DNA of 64,000 nucleotides from Alphaproteobacteria bacterium (lineage in GTDB: Bacteria; Pseudomonadota; Alphaproteobacteria; UBA7887): the NCBI GenBank assembly GCA_965216755.1, contig CBDCGL010000011.1, positions 3,616,001 to 3,680,000 of the forward strand, written 5' to 3'. Position 1 is the first letter of the stretch. Every line of letters starts with the position of its first letter. Below, one piece after another: positions 10,543-20,341 of the stretch. The position numbers and the translations under genes were made by a program. The notes below the pieces were generated by a model that saw only the letters and a program-made list of their open reading frames with translations, ran no database searches and had not been told where the DNA came from.

Positions 10543-12180
10543 ATGATCGATTTCCAAACCGCTCCAGACCGCTACCGCCATTGGCGGTTGACCGTTGAGC
10601 CGCCGATCGCCTGGTTGACGATGGATGTTGCCGAAGACCAGGGCCTGCGGCCTGGTTACACGCTGAAGCTCAATTCCTACGACTTGGGGGTCGATATCGA
10701 GCTTTATGACGCGGTGCAGCGATTGCGTTTCGAGCATCCCGACGTGGGTGCCGTAATCCTAACTTCGGGCAAGGAGCGGATGTTTTGCGCCGGCGCCAAC
10801 ATCCGCATGCTCGGCCAATCGGATCACGCGCATAAGGTCAACTTCTGTAAGTTCACCAACGAAACCCGCTGCGCGATCGAAAGCGCAGGTACCGAGTCCG
10901 ACCAACACTATATCGGTGTCATCAACGGGCCGGCGTCAGGTGGCGGCTATGAGCTCGCATTGGCCTGCGACTGGGTCATTTTGGTTGATGATGGCGCCAG
11001 CGCGGTGTCGCTGCCGGAAGTGCCGTTGCTGGCAGTGCTACCAGGTACGGGTGGCCTGACGCGGCTGGTCGACAAACGCAAAGTGCGTCGTGACCGCGCC
11101 GACTTTTTCTGCACCACAGCCGAGGGCTTGCGCGGACAACGGGCGCTAGACTGGGGTCTGGTGGACGAACTGATCAAGCCGTCGGCGTTGCAAGACGGCG
11201 CCCGCGCCCGGGCGCAAACACTGGCCGGGACAACCAATTCCGGGCGCATTGGGATAACACTGGATCCGCTAGCCCGCACCGTCACTGACGACCTGTTGCG
11301 CTATCCCTTTTTGGAGGTCGCCTTGGATCGGGGCGCGGGCATTGCGACCTTTCGCATTGATGGCCCAGACCCGGCGCCGCCTGCCGATGCAGCCGGGCTG
11401 CATGCCCAAGGCGCCGACTGCTGGCCGTTGGCTTTGGCCCGGTCGCTTGACGACGCAATTCTGACCTTGCGCAGCAATCACCCGGACATCGGAACTTGGG
11501 TGATCACGACGTCCGGTGATGCCGGCCAAGTCGCCGCCTACGACGATTTCCTGCTCGGTCACGAGGGGGATTGGCTGGCGCGCGAAATTCGTGATTACTG
11601 GAAGCGGGTGCTCAAGCGCTTGGATCTATCGGCACGGAGTCTGATCGCCGTCATCGGCCCAGGGTCGTGTTTTGTCGGCACCTTGCTGGAATTGTCTTTG
11701 GCCGCCGACCGCAGTTACATGCTCGATGGGCCGATGAATGATCAATTGCCGCCAATCATCCGAATGACCGCCATGAATGCCGGTCGGTTGCCGATGGCGA
11801 CCGGCCTCAGTCGCTTGCATACCCGCTTCATCAACGATGCGGATGGGCTGGCGGCGGCGGAGGCGGTGATCGGTCAGGATTTGGACGCCGCGGCGGCGGA
11901 CGCGGCCGGCCTGGTGACCTTCACGCCCGATGACATCGACTGGGACGACGAAGTCCGACTGGCGATTGAAGAGCGCGCGAGTTTTTCGCCGGATGCGTTG
12001 ACCGGCATGGAAGCCAATTTGCGTTTTCCCGGACCTGAGACATTGGAAAGCAAGATTTTCGGTCGTTTATCGGCATGGCAAAACTGGATTTTCCAGCGCC
12101 CCAACGCCGCCGGCGACCAAGGCGCGCTGAAACTCTACGGCACGGGTCAACGCGCCAAGTTTGACAAAACGAGGACATGA
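10543..12180 (+). CDS. boxC: 2,3-epoxybenzoyl-CoA dihydrolase
   Basis: LKLNSYDLGVDIEL, HKVNFCKFTNETR and C-terminal GRLSAWQNWIFQRPNA; two crotonase-like domains; adjacent to boxB. Confidence 0.95.
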   Translation: MIDFQTAPDRYRHWRLTVEPPIAWLTMDVAEDQGLRPGYTLKLNSYDLGVDIELYDAVQRLRFEHPDVGAVILTSGKERMFCAGANIRMLGQSDHAHKVNFCKFTNETRCAIESAGTESDQHYIGVINGPASGGGYELALACDWVILVDDGASAVSLPEVPLLAVLPGTGGLTRLVDKRKVRRDRADFFCTTAEGLRGQRALDWGLVDELIKPSALQDGARARAQTLAGTTNSGRIGITLDPLARTVTDDLLRYPFLEVALDRGAGIATFRIDGPDPAPPADAAGLHAQGADCWPLALARSLDDAILTLRSNHPDIGTWVITTSGDAGQVAAYDDFLLGHEGDWLAREIRDYWKRVLKRLDLSARSLIAVIGPGSCFVGTLLELSLAADRSYMLDGPMNDQLPPIIRMTAMNAGRLPMATGLSRLHTRFINDADGLAAAEAVIGQDLDAAAADAAGLVTFTPDDIDWDDEVRLAIEERASFSPDALTGMEANLRFPGPETLESKIFGRLSAWQNWIFQRPNAAGDQGALKLYGTGQRAKFDKTRT

Positions 12181-13601
12181 TCGCCATGGCCATCGACTAT
12201 CAAGAACGGATCCCCAACAACGTCAATTTGGCCGGCAATCGGCGCTTACAGCGGGCTCTGGAATCGTGGCAACCTCGATTTCTCGATTGGTGGGCGGAGA
12301 TGGGGCCGGCCGCTTTTCAGGCCAACGAAATTTATTTGCGCACCGCGGTCAGTGTCGAACCCGGTGGCTGGGCCAATTTCGGCCATGTCAAGATGCCTGA
12401 CTATCGATGGGGCATCTTCTTGGCCGATCCGGAACCCGACCGAAAGATCGCGTTCGGCGATCAAAAAGGCGAACCGGCCTGGCAAGACGTACCCGGCGAA
12501 CATCGCAGCGCCCTGCGCCGATTGATCGTCACCCAGGGCGACACCGAGCCCGCATCGGTGGAGCAACAACGCTTGCTGGGGCAAACCTGTCCGTCGCTGT
12601 ACGATCTGCGCAACCTGTTCCAGGTCAATGTCGAGGAAGGCCGGCATCTGTGGGCGATGGTCTATTTGCTCGATGCATATTTCGGCCGCGACGGCCGCGA
12701 GGAAGCCGAAGCCTTGATCGAACGCCGTTCGGGCGACCCCGATCGGCCGCGCATTTTGGGCGCCTTCAACGAACGCACGCCTGATTGGTTGGCGTTTTTC
12801 ATGTTTACCTATTTCACGGATCGCGACGGCAAATACCAACTGGCGTCATTGGCCGAATCGGCGTTCGATCCGTTGTCGCGCTCTTGTCGCTTCATGCTGA
12901 CCGAGGAAGCGCACCACATGTTTGTTGGCGAAACCGGGGTCGGTCGTGTCGTGCAACGCGCCTGTGAACTGATGCGCGAACATAAAACCGACGACGTGCG
13001 CGCCCATGGCGGTATCGATTTGGCGACGCTGCAACGTTACATCAATTTCCATTACAGCGTATCCGCGGATCTATTTGGCAGCGAACAATCGACCAACGCC
13101 GCGACCTATTACACGACCGGGCTCAAGGGGCGTTATCAAGAGACCAAAATCGATGACGATCATCAGCTGAACCAGGATCATTACCGCGTGCCGATCTGCG
13201 ACGACGGCGAAGTCAATGCGATCGACGCGCCGGCACTCAATGCGCTCAATGAACGCTTGCGTGACGACTATCGTGTTGATTGCCAACGCGGCGTCGACCG
13301 TTGGAACAAAATCATCGCCGATCACGGCGTTGATATGATGTTGCGCCTGCCGCATGTCGCGTTTCACCGGCGTATCGGCACGTTTGCCGGGCACCATTTC
13401 ACCCCTGATGGCCGCGCAGTCAACGCCGAGACGTGGCAGCGCGAGCAAAGCCGCTGGCTACCCTCCGACGCGGATCGCGCCTTTATTGCCAGCCTTATGA
13501 AACCCGTCACCGTGCCGGGACAAATGGCGCAATGGATCGCGCCGCCGGCACGCGGCATCAATGGCCAACCGCTGGATTTCGAGTATGTGCGCTCGACGTA
13601 A
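12177..13601 (+). CDS. boxB: Benzoyl-CoA 2,3-epoxidase subunit
   Basis: IPNNVNL, TQGDTEPASVEQQ, and diiron ExxH motifs in NVEEGRHLW and TEEAHH. Confidence 0.95.
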   Translation: MIAMAIDYQERIPNNVNLAGNRRLQRALESWQPRFLDWWAEMGPAAFQANEIYLRTAVSVEPGGWANFGHVKMPDYRWGIFLADPEPDRKIAFGDQKGEPAWQDVPGEHRSALRRLIVTQGDTEPASVEQQRLLGQTCPSLYDLRNLFQVNVEEGRHLWAMVYLLDAYFGRDGREEAEALIERRSGDPDRPRILGAFNERTPDWLAFFMFTYFTDRDGKYQLASLAESAFDPLSRSCRFMLTEEAHHMFVGETGVGRVVQRACELMREHKTDDVRAHGGIDLATLQRYINFHYSVSADLFGSEQSTNAATYYTTGLKGRYQETKIDDDHQLNQDHYRVPICDDGEVNAIDAPALNALNERLRDDYRVDCQRGVDRWNKIIADHGVDMMLRLPHVAFHRRIGTFAGHHFTPDGRAVNAETWQREQSRWLPSDADRAFIASLMKPVTVPGQMAQWIAPPARGINGQPLDFEYVRST

Positions 13602-13625
13602 GGTGGCGGCGCGGGAGCGGCGGTT

Positions 13626-14333
13626 ATGTCCGATCTCGGCACCGCGCTCGCCCTCGCGGTCGGCCTGATTGCGGCCGGCGACGCGGCTCTCGCCGAGATT
13701 GTCGCGCGTTCGCTGTATGTTAGCCTGACGGCGACGGTACTTGCGGCGGCCATTGCCCTGCCGCTCAGTGCGCTGATTGCGGTCTATCGGTTTCCCGGCC
13801 GGCGCGCCGTGATCGTCTTGTTCAGCGCGCTGATGGGTCTGCCGCCGGTCTTTGTCGGCCTGCTTGCTTATTTGCTGTTGTCGCGCGCCGGTCCACTCGG
13901 GTTTCTCGGACTGCTCTATACGCCGACCGCGATGATCCTGGCCCAAGCGGCCCTGGTCTTGCCGATTGTGCTAACCATCGCCCACCGTTCGCTGCGCGAC
14001 CTGTATGAAGACTATATGGAGCAACTATGTTCCTTGGGTGCGCGGCCATGGCAAATGATTGCCACCCTATTGTGGGACGGACGCGGGCGCTTGGCGACAG
14101 CCGTGATGGCGGGCTTTGGGCGCGCCACGGCGGAAGTTGGGGCGGTGCTGATCGTCGGTGGCAACATCGCCCATGTGACCCGGGTCATGACCACGACCAT
14201 CGCGCTGGAAACCAGCAAGGGCAATCTGGCTCTGGCCTTGGCGCTCGGCATCATCTTGGTGGCGATTGCCTTGGCGGTTAACGCGGCCGTCGCGCTGATG
14301 CGCGTGCCTCGACGCGCGCGTCGGCACGCCTGA
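13626..14333 (+). CDS. tupB: Tungstate ABC transporter permease
   Basis: GLPPVFVGL and EVGAVLIVGGNIAHVTRVMTTTIALETSKG. Confidence 0.88.
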   Translation: MSDLGTALALAVGLIAAGDAALAEIVARSLYVSLTATVLAAAIALPLSALIAVYRFPGRRAVIVLFSALMGLPPVFVGLLAYLLLSRAGPLGFLGLLYTPTAMILAQAALVLPIVLTIAHRSLRDLYEDYMEQLCSLGARPWQMIATLLWDGRGRLATAVMAGFGRATAEVGAVLIVGGNIAHVTRVMTTTIALETSKGNLALALALGIILVAIALAVNAAVALMRVPRRARRHA

Positions 14334-14336
14334 AAC

Positions 14337-15050
14337 ATGGCCATTCTGCCCCTGAGCCTAGAAGCGGTGAGCTACCGCTTGGACGGCCGAACGCTGATCG
14401 ACGCGGTGACTTTAACCATCGACGCCGGCCCAAAAACCATGGTTTTGGGCCATAACGGTGCCGGCAAAAGTTTGTTGATGCGTCTCTGTCATGGATTAAT
14501 TGGCCCCAGTGCCGGGACCCTACGCTGGCAAGGCCCCGATGGCGCTGCCGCGCGGCGCCGGCAGGCCATGGTGTTCCAGCAGCCGACCATGTTGCGCCGT
14601 TCGGTCCGCGCCAATGTCGCCTACGGCATGAAACTGCGTGGATTGCCACGCGCCCAACGCGCCACGCGGACCGCCGCCGTGCTGACTCGCACCGGCTTGC
14701 TCGACCGCGCTGATCAAGCCGCCACCAGCCTGTCTGGTGGCGAACGCCAACGCCTGGCCTTGGCGCGCGTTTGGGCACTGCAGCCCGAGGTGCTGTTTCT
14801 CGACGAGCCCAGTGCCAATTTGGATCCCGGTGCGACCGCGGCGGTTGAAGCCATCATCGAGGAAATCCATCGCGCCGGCACGAAAATCATCATGACCACG
14901 CACGATGTGGGCCAAGCGCGACGATTGGCCGACGAAGTGCTTTTTTTACACAAGGGACAGATCGTTGAGCGCGCTACCGCCACAGACTTTTTCGCCGGGC
15001 CGGCATCTGAGCCGGCGCGCGCGTTTCTCGAGGGTCGATTGCTATGGTGA
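14337..15050 (+). CDS. tupC: Tungstate ABC transporter ATP-binding protein
   Basis: GHNGAGKS, LSGGERQR, FLDEPSANLDP; lies between tupB and tupA. Confidence 0.85.
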   Translation: MAILPLSLEAVSYRLDGRTLIDAVTLTIDAGPKTMVLGHNGAGKSLLMRLCHGLIGPSAGTLRWQGPDGAAARRRQAMVFQQPTMLRRSVRANVAYGMKLRGLPRAQRATRTAAVLTRTGLLDRADQAATSLSGGERQRLALARVWALQPEVLFLDEPSANLDPGATAAVEAIIEEIHRAGTKIIMTTHDVGQARRLADEVLFLHKGQIVERATATDFFAGPASEPARAFLEGRLLW

Positions 15051-15883
15051 GGATGTCGGCGCGCGTTTTTGCTTGGTTGGCGCTTTTTACCATGGTTCCC
15101 ACGGTTGACGCCGGACATGCACAAGATGACTTCATCGTCGTTGCGTCAACCACATCGACCGAGAATTCCGGGTTGTTTGAGCGTATCGTGCCGATATACG
15201 TGGCTGCAACGGGCATTGACGTGCGCGTGGTCGCGGTCGGCACCGGCCAGGCGCTGCGCATCGCGCGCAATGGCGATGCCGACGTGCTGTTGGTCCACCA
15301 CACATCGTCGGAAGAACAATTCGTGGCCGACGGTTTCGGCGTCGCGCGTTATGATTTGATGTATAACGATTTCGTCATTGTTGGGCCGCGCGATGATCCG
15401 GCCGCGATTGCCGGGACTGCGGATGCGGCGGCCGCTCTGGCCAAAGTCGCCGCGGCTCAAGTCACCTTTGTCTCGCGTGGCGATGACAGCGGCACCCACA
15501 AGAAAGAACTGCGTTTGTGGCGGGCTGCGTCCGTCGATGCGGCCGCGGCCAGCGGTACATGGTACCGCGAGCTTGGCACCGGTATGGGGGCGACGCTGAA
15601 CACCGCCGCCGCCATGGCCGCCTATGCCTTGACCGACCGGGCCACTTGGACGAACTTCCAAAACCGCGACGACATGGCGATCTTGGTCGAGGGCGACCTG
15701 GCGTTGTTCAATCAATATGGCGTGATTTTGGTCAACCCGGCGCGCCACCCCCACGTCAAGGCCGAACACGGCCAGGCGTTCATCGACTGGCTGCTGTCCA
15801 CAGATGGCCAAAACGCGATCGGCGCGTTTCGTGTCGACGGTCAGCAAGTGTTTTTTCCCAACGCCGCGGTGGACCACGAGTGA
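15044..15883 (+). CDS. tupA: Tungstate ABC transporter substrate-binding protein
   Basis: TupA signature STTSTENSGL, plus VGTGQAL and SRGDDSGTHKKE. Confidence 0.92.
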   Translation: MVRMSARVFAWLALFTMVPTVDAGHAQDDFIVVASTTSTENSGLFERIVPIYVAATGIDVRVVAVGTGQALRIARNGDADVLLVHHTSSEEQFVADGFGVARYDLMYNDFVIVGPRDDPAAIAGTADAAAALAKVAAAQVTFVSRGDDSGTHKKELRLWRAASVDAAAASGTWYRELGTGMGATLNTAAAMAAYALTDRATWTNFQNRDDMAILVEGDLALFNQYGVILVNPARHPHVKAEHGQAFIDWLLSTDGQNAIGAFRVDGQQVFFPNAAVDHE

Positions 15884-16677
15884 GGATCGAAACCGTCGCG
15901 GCTGGCGGCCACGATGTTGCCGTTGCGTTTCATGGCCCGAAAGCGGATGCCGCGCCAACGCTGGTCTTTTTGCACGAAGGGTTGGGCAGCATTGGCCAAT
16001 GGCGCGACGTGCCGCACAAGCTCGCGGTGTCCACCGGTTGCGGCGCCCTGGTTTATGACCGTTGGGGCTATGGCATGTCCGCGCCTTTGCCGCCGCCTTA
16101 TGCACGGCCGGCGGATTTCATGCAACGGGAGGCACGCGGCGCCTTACCCGATCTGTTGTCCCATTTCGGTGTTCGCGACGCCGTGCTGATCGGCCACAGC
16201 GACGGCGGCACCATCGCCCTGATTGCGGCCGCCGGCAGCGACGCCCGTATTGCCGGCGTGATCGCGATCGCGGCCCACAGTTTCGTCGAACCGATTTCGA
16301 TTGAAAGCATTCAGACCATTGGTGAACGTTGGCAAACAAGCGATTTGCGCGCCAAACTGGCACGTTTTCACGGCGACAGGGTCGACGGTGCCTTTCTCGG
16401 CTGGGCGCGCACCTGGTTGGATCCCGAATTTCGCGATTTTGACATCCGGCCCTTGCTCGGCAAGATCGGTTGTCCGGTATTGGCCATGCAGGGAACCGAC
16501 GATGCCTATGGCACTGCCGCCCAGATTTCAGCGATCGCCGACAATGTCTCCGGCCCGGTGCAGACGTTGATGATCGCAGATTGTGGTCATGCGCCGCACC
16601 ACGAAGCGCCAGATCAAGTACAATCGGCGATGGTCGCGTTCATCCGAATGTGCGCGAATCGGCCCCGTTCGAAGTAA
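15880..16677 (+). CDS. Alpha/beta fold hydrolase
   Basis: FLHEGLGS, nucleophile motif GHSDGG, CGHAPH. GTG start overlaps the tupA stop. Confidence 0.88.
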   Translation: MRIETVAAGGHDVAVAFHGPKADAAPTLVFLHEGLGSIGQWRDVPHKLAVSTGCGALVYDRWGYGMSAPLPPPYARPADFMQREARGALPDLLSHFGVRDAVLIGHSDGGTIALIAAAGSDARIAGVIAIAAHSFVEPISIESIQTIGERWQTSDLRAKLARFHGDRVDGAFLGWARTWLDPEFRDFDIRPLLGKIGCPVLAMQGTDDAYGTAAQISAIADNVSGPVQTLMIADCGHAPHHEAPDQVQSAMVAFIRMCANRPRSK

Positions 16678-16783
16678 CGCGATTGCGCCAGGGGGTCGAC
16701 AGACGCGGCCACGATTGGTATCAGCAAGCGCGCCCGCCGCGCCGCGATTTTCCGATTTTGTTTCTGACTAAAGGAGATGGACC

Positions 16784-19465
16784 GTGACCGCATTTGGTCG
16801 TGACAGCCTGAACCTGCGCCGCACGCTGACCGTCAACGGACGTGACTATGATTATTTCAGCATAACCGAGGCTTCCAAGGCCGGCCTGGGGGACGTGGCG
16901 CGGTTGCCCTTCTCCTTGAAGGTGTTATTGGAAAACTTGCTCCGCTATGAAGATGGTCAGTCGGTGACGCCGGACGACGCCCGGGCGGTGGCGGCATGGC
17001 TCAAGGAGCGTCGCTCCGATCGCGAGATCGCCTACCGACCGGCGCGCGTGTTGATGCAGGATTTTACCGGCGTGCCGGCCGTCGTCGACTTGGCGGCGAT
17101 GCGCGACGCGATGGTCGCGCTTGGCGGCGATCCCAAGCGGATCAATCCTTTGTCACCGGCCGACCTGGTTATCGACCATTCGGTGCAGGTAGATAGCTTT
17201 GGCTCCGCCGACGCCTTCAAATCCAATGTGGATTTGGAAATGGGCCGCAATGGCGAGCGCTATGCCTTCCTGCGTTGGGGCCAACATGCCTTCGATAATT
17301 TCCGGGTCGTGCCGCCAGGCACCGGCATATGCCACCAAGTCAATCTCGAACATCTGGCTCAGACCGTGTGGACCGCCGATGACGATGGGCGCACCGTGGC
17401 CTACCCGGACACGCTGGTCGGTACTGATAGCCACACCACCATGGTCAACGGTCTTTCGGTGTTGGGCTGGGGCGTCGGCGGCATCGAAGCGGAGGCCGCC
17501 ATGCTCGGCCAGCCGATTTCCATGCTGATTCCGGAAGTCATTGGGGTGCGCCTGACCGGCGCCGTGCCCGAAGGCACGACGGCGACGGATTTGGTGCTGA
17601 CCGTCACCGAAATGCTGCGCGCCGAGGGCGTGGTCGGCAAGTTCGTCGAGTTTTTTGGCGATGGCCTTGGTCATCTGCCGCTCGCCGATCGCGCGACAAT
17701 CGCCAATATGGCGCCCGAATATGGCGCGACTTGCGGATTCTTCCCGGTCGATGCTGAGACGATCCGTTTTCTCGAATTCACCGGCCGTGCACCGGAACGG
17801 GTCGCCCTGGTCGAAGCCTACGCCCGCGCCCAAGGCTTGTGGCGTGACGCCGATGCACCCGATCCGCTGTTTACCAAGACCTTGTCGCTTGACATGGCAA
17901 CGGTCGAGCCCAGCTTGGCGGGGCCGAAGCGGCCGCAGGATCGCATTGCGTTATCGGGTGCGGCTGACGCGTTCGGCAAACTGTTGGCGGATGGGTACGG
18001 ACGCTCAGCCGGCAAACGGGTGCCGGTCGACGGCGCGGGCCACGACTTGGGCGATGGCGACGTCGTTATTGCGGCGATCACCAGTTGTACCAACACATCG
18101 AATCCAAGTGTCATGGTCGCGGCCGGATTGGTGGCGCGCAACGCCCTGGCGCGCGGCTTGAAGGTCAGGCCGTGGGTGAAAACCTCGTTGGCGCCGGGAT
18201 CGAAAGTGGTGACCGACTACTTGGCGGCCGCCGACCTGCAAAAAGATCTCGACGCGCTCGGCTTCAATTTGGTCGGCTATGGCTGTACCACGTGTATTGG
18301 CAATTCGGGGCCGCTGCCAGGGCCGATCGGCGAAGCGATCACCAATGGCGATTTGGTCGCGGCGTCGGTGCTGTCGGGCAATCGCAACTTCGAAGGCCGT
18401 GTTCACCAGTTGGTGCGCGCCAATTATCTCGCCTCGCCGCCACTGGTCGTGGCCTATGCGCTGGCCGGATCCCTGCAGGTTGACTTACGCAAAGACCCGA
18501 TCGGCACGGGAACCGACGGCCAGGACGTTTATCTGAAGGATATCTGGCCGTCGAATGCCGATGTACAGGCGGCGCTTGGGGCGGCGGTCAAGCCGGCCAT
18601 GTTCGCCACCCAATATGCCAATGTTTCCGAAGGCGATGACGCATGGCGGGCGATTGCGGTGCCGACCGGTGATACTTATGCCTGGCCCGAGTCGACCTAT
18701 GTCCGCAACCCGCCTTATTTTGCGCAAATGAGCCGTGACATCGGCGCCGTCACCGATATCGAAGGTGCGCGCATATTGGCGTTGCTAGGCGACAGCGTGA
18801 CGACCGACCATATTTCACCTGCCGGATCGATCCCGAAAGACACCCCGGCGGGGCAATATCTGATTGCCCAAGGCGTCGCTCCGGCCGATTTCAACAGCTT
18901 CGGCGCGCGCCGTGGCAATCACGAAGTGATGATGCGCGGCACTTTCGCCAATATCCGCTTGCGCAACGAGTTGGCGCCGGGCACCGAAGGCGGTTGGACA
19001 CGCCACATGCCCGCCGGCGAACAAATGTCGATTTACGACGCGGCAATGCAATATGCCGACGAAGGTGTGCCGTTGGTGGTGATTGCCGGCAAGGAATACG
19101 GCACCGGGTCATCGCGGGACTGGGCCGCCAAGGGCACCAATCTGCTCGGCATTCGGGCGGTAATCGTGGAGAGTTTCGAGCGGATCCACCGGTCCAACTT
19201 GGTCGGCATGGGCGTCTTGCCCCTGCAGTTCGCTGCCGGCACGTCGCGCAAGACTTTGGCCCTCGACGGCACGGAAACGCTCAGCCTGACCGGCTTGTCA
19301 CGGGATCTTGAACCGCGCGCCACCTTGACCTGCCGGATCGATCGCGCCGATGGCCGCCAAGAGCTCGTACCCTTGACCTGTCGCATCGATACCGAGGACG
19401 AGTTGAGCTATTATAAGAACGGCGGAATTCTTCACTATGTCCTGCGCAACCTGGCGGCGGTATGA
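16784..19465 (+). CDS. acnA: Aconitate hydratase A
   Basis: [17 protein letters not shown], Fe-S cysteines in AITSCTN and [22 protein letters not shown]; AAGGAG ribosome-binding site. Confidence 0.97.
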   Translation: MTAFGRDSLNLRRTLTVNGRDYDYFSITEASKAGLGDVARLPFSLKVLLENLLRYEDGQSVTPDDARAVAAWLKERRSDREIAYRPARVLMQDFTGVPAVVDLAAMRDAMVALGGDPKRINPLSPADLVIDHSVQVDSFGSADAFKSNVDLEMGRNGERYAFLRWGQHAFDNFRVVPPGTGICHQVNLEHLAQTVWTADDDGRTVAYPDTLVGTDSHTTMVNGLSVLGWGVGGIEAEAAMLGQPISMLIPEVIGVRLTGAVPEGTTATDLVLTVTEMLRAEGVVGKFVEFFGDGLGHLPLADRATIANMAPEYGATCGFFPVDAETIRFLEFTGRAPERVALVEAYARAQGLWRDADAPDPLFTKTLSLDMATVEPSLAGPKRPQDRIALSGAADAFGKLLADGYGRSAGKRVPVDGAGHDLGDGDVVIAAITSCTNTSNPSVMVAAGLVARNALARGLKVRPWVKTSLAPGSKVVTDYLAAADLQKDLDALGFNLVGYGCTTCIGNSGPLPGPIGEAITNGDLVAASVLSGNRNFEGRVHQLVRANYLASPPLVVAYALAGSLQVDLRKDPIGTGTDGQDVYLKDIWPSNADVQAALGAAVKPAMFATQYANVSEGDDAWRAIAVPTGDTYAWPESTYVRNPPYFAQMSRDIGAVTDIEGARILALLGDSVTTDHISPAGSIPKDTPAGQYLIAQGVAPADFNSFGARRGNHEVMMRGTFANIRLRNELAPGTEGGWTRHMPAGEQMSIYDAAMQYADEGVPLVVIAGKEYGTGSSRDWAAKGTNLLGIRAVIVESFERIHRSNLVGMGVLPLQFAAGTSRKTLALDGTETLSLTGLSRDLEPRATLTCRIDRADGRQELVPLTCRIDTEDELSYYKNGGILHYVLRNLAAV

Positions 19466-19590
19466 CCGACCGGCCGCCAAGGCGGTGAACGGCGCTCTGG
19501 TCCGTTCACGCGCGCCTCAATCAGAAGTGATTGGCCGCTGCGTCTGACGATGCCTACGTTTTAGAACCGACCTGGGCGAAGTAGGCGAGC

Positions 19591-20319
19591 ATGAAACGGT
19601 ACATTTATATCGCTGCACTATCCATAGGGCTTGTCTGGCCGTTGGCGACCGCCGGCGCCGGCGACACGCCCATTTTGGTGGAGATGTTCACGTCAGAGGG
19701 TTGTTCCTCATGCCCACCAGCCGACCGGTTCGCGGGCGAGCTGCGGCAGCGCGACGACGTTGTGGTGTTGAGCTTTCACGTCAACTATTGGGACTATATC
19801 GGCTGGGCCGACCGGTTCGCGACCGATGAGACCACCAATCGCCAACACGCTTACGCGCGTGCCCTGGGGCAGACCCATGTCTATACGCCGCAGGCCGTGA
19901 TCCATGGTACGACGCACAAGGTCGGTTCGGATCACGGCGCGGTCAATGCCGCGATCCGCGCCGCCGCGCTGGGTCAAAGCCCGCAGCCCTCAATCGCCTT
20001 TGAACAAATCCATCGGTCGACGGTGCGGATCAGCATTGGTGACGCGCCCACAGACGAACCGGCGGAGGTTTTCCTGGTCGGTTTCGCGAGTGAGGGGGAA
20101 AGCGAGGTCAGACGCGGCGAAAACGCGGGCCGCACCCTGAAAACCTACAATGTGGTGCACGATATCCGCCGGCTGGGAACCTGGTCCGGCGCCGCCACGG
20201 TGTTTGATTTGGCGGCCACCGAAATCATGGCTGACGGCAGCGACAATTGCGCGGTCATTGTGCAGGCGCGCGGCAACGGTCCGGTTTTCGCGGTCGCCGC
20301 ATTCGAGATGGCCAAATAA
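19591..20319 (+). CDS. DUF1223 family secreted thioredoxin-like protein
   Basis: Signal peptide; VEMFTSEGCSSCPPAD, FHVNYWDYIGWAD, YTPQ, RGENAGRTL. Confidence 0.88.
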   Translation: MKRYIYIAALSIGLVWPLATAGAGDTPILVEMFTSEGCSSCPPADRFAGELRQRDDVVVLSFHVNYWDYIGWADRFATDETTNRQHAYARALGQTHVYTPQAVIHGTTHKVGSDHGAVNAAIRAAALGQSPQPSIAFEQIHRSTVRISIGDAPTDEPAEVFLVGFASEGESEVRRGENAGRTLKTYNVVHDIRRLGTWSGAATVFDLAATEIMADGSDNCAVIVQARGNGPVFAVAAFEMAK

Positions 20320-20341
20320 ACGGTTATTGCCGGTTGTTGCG

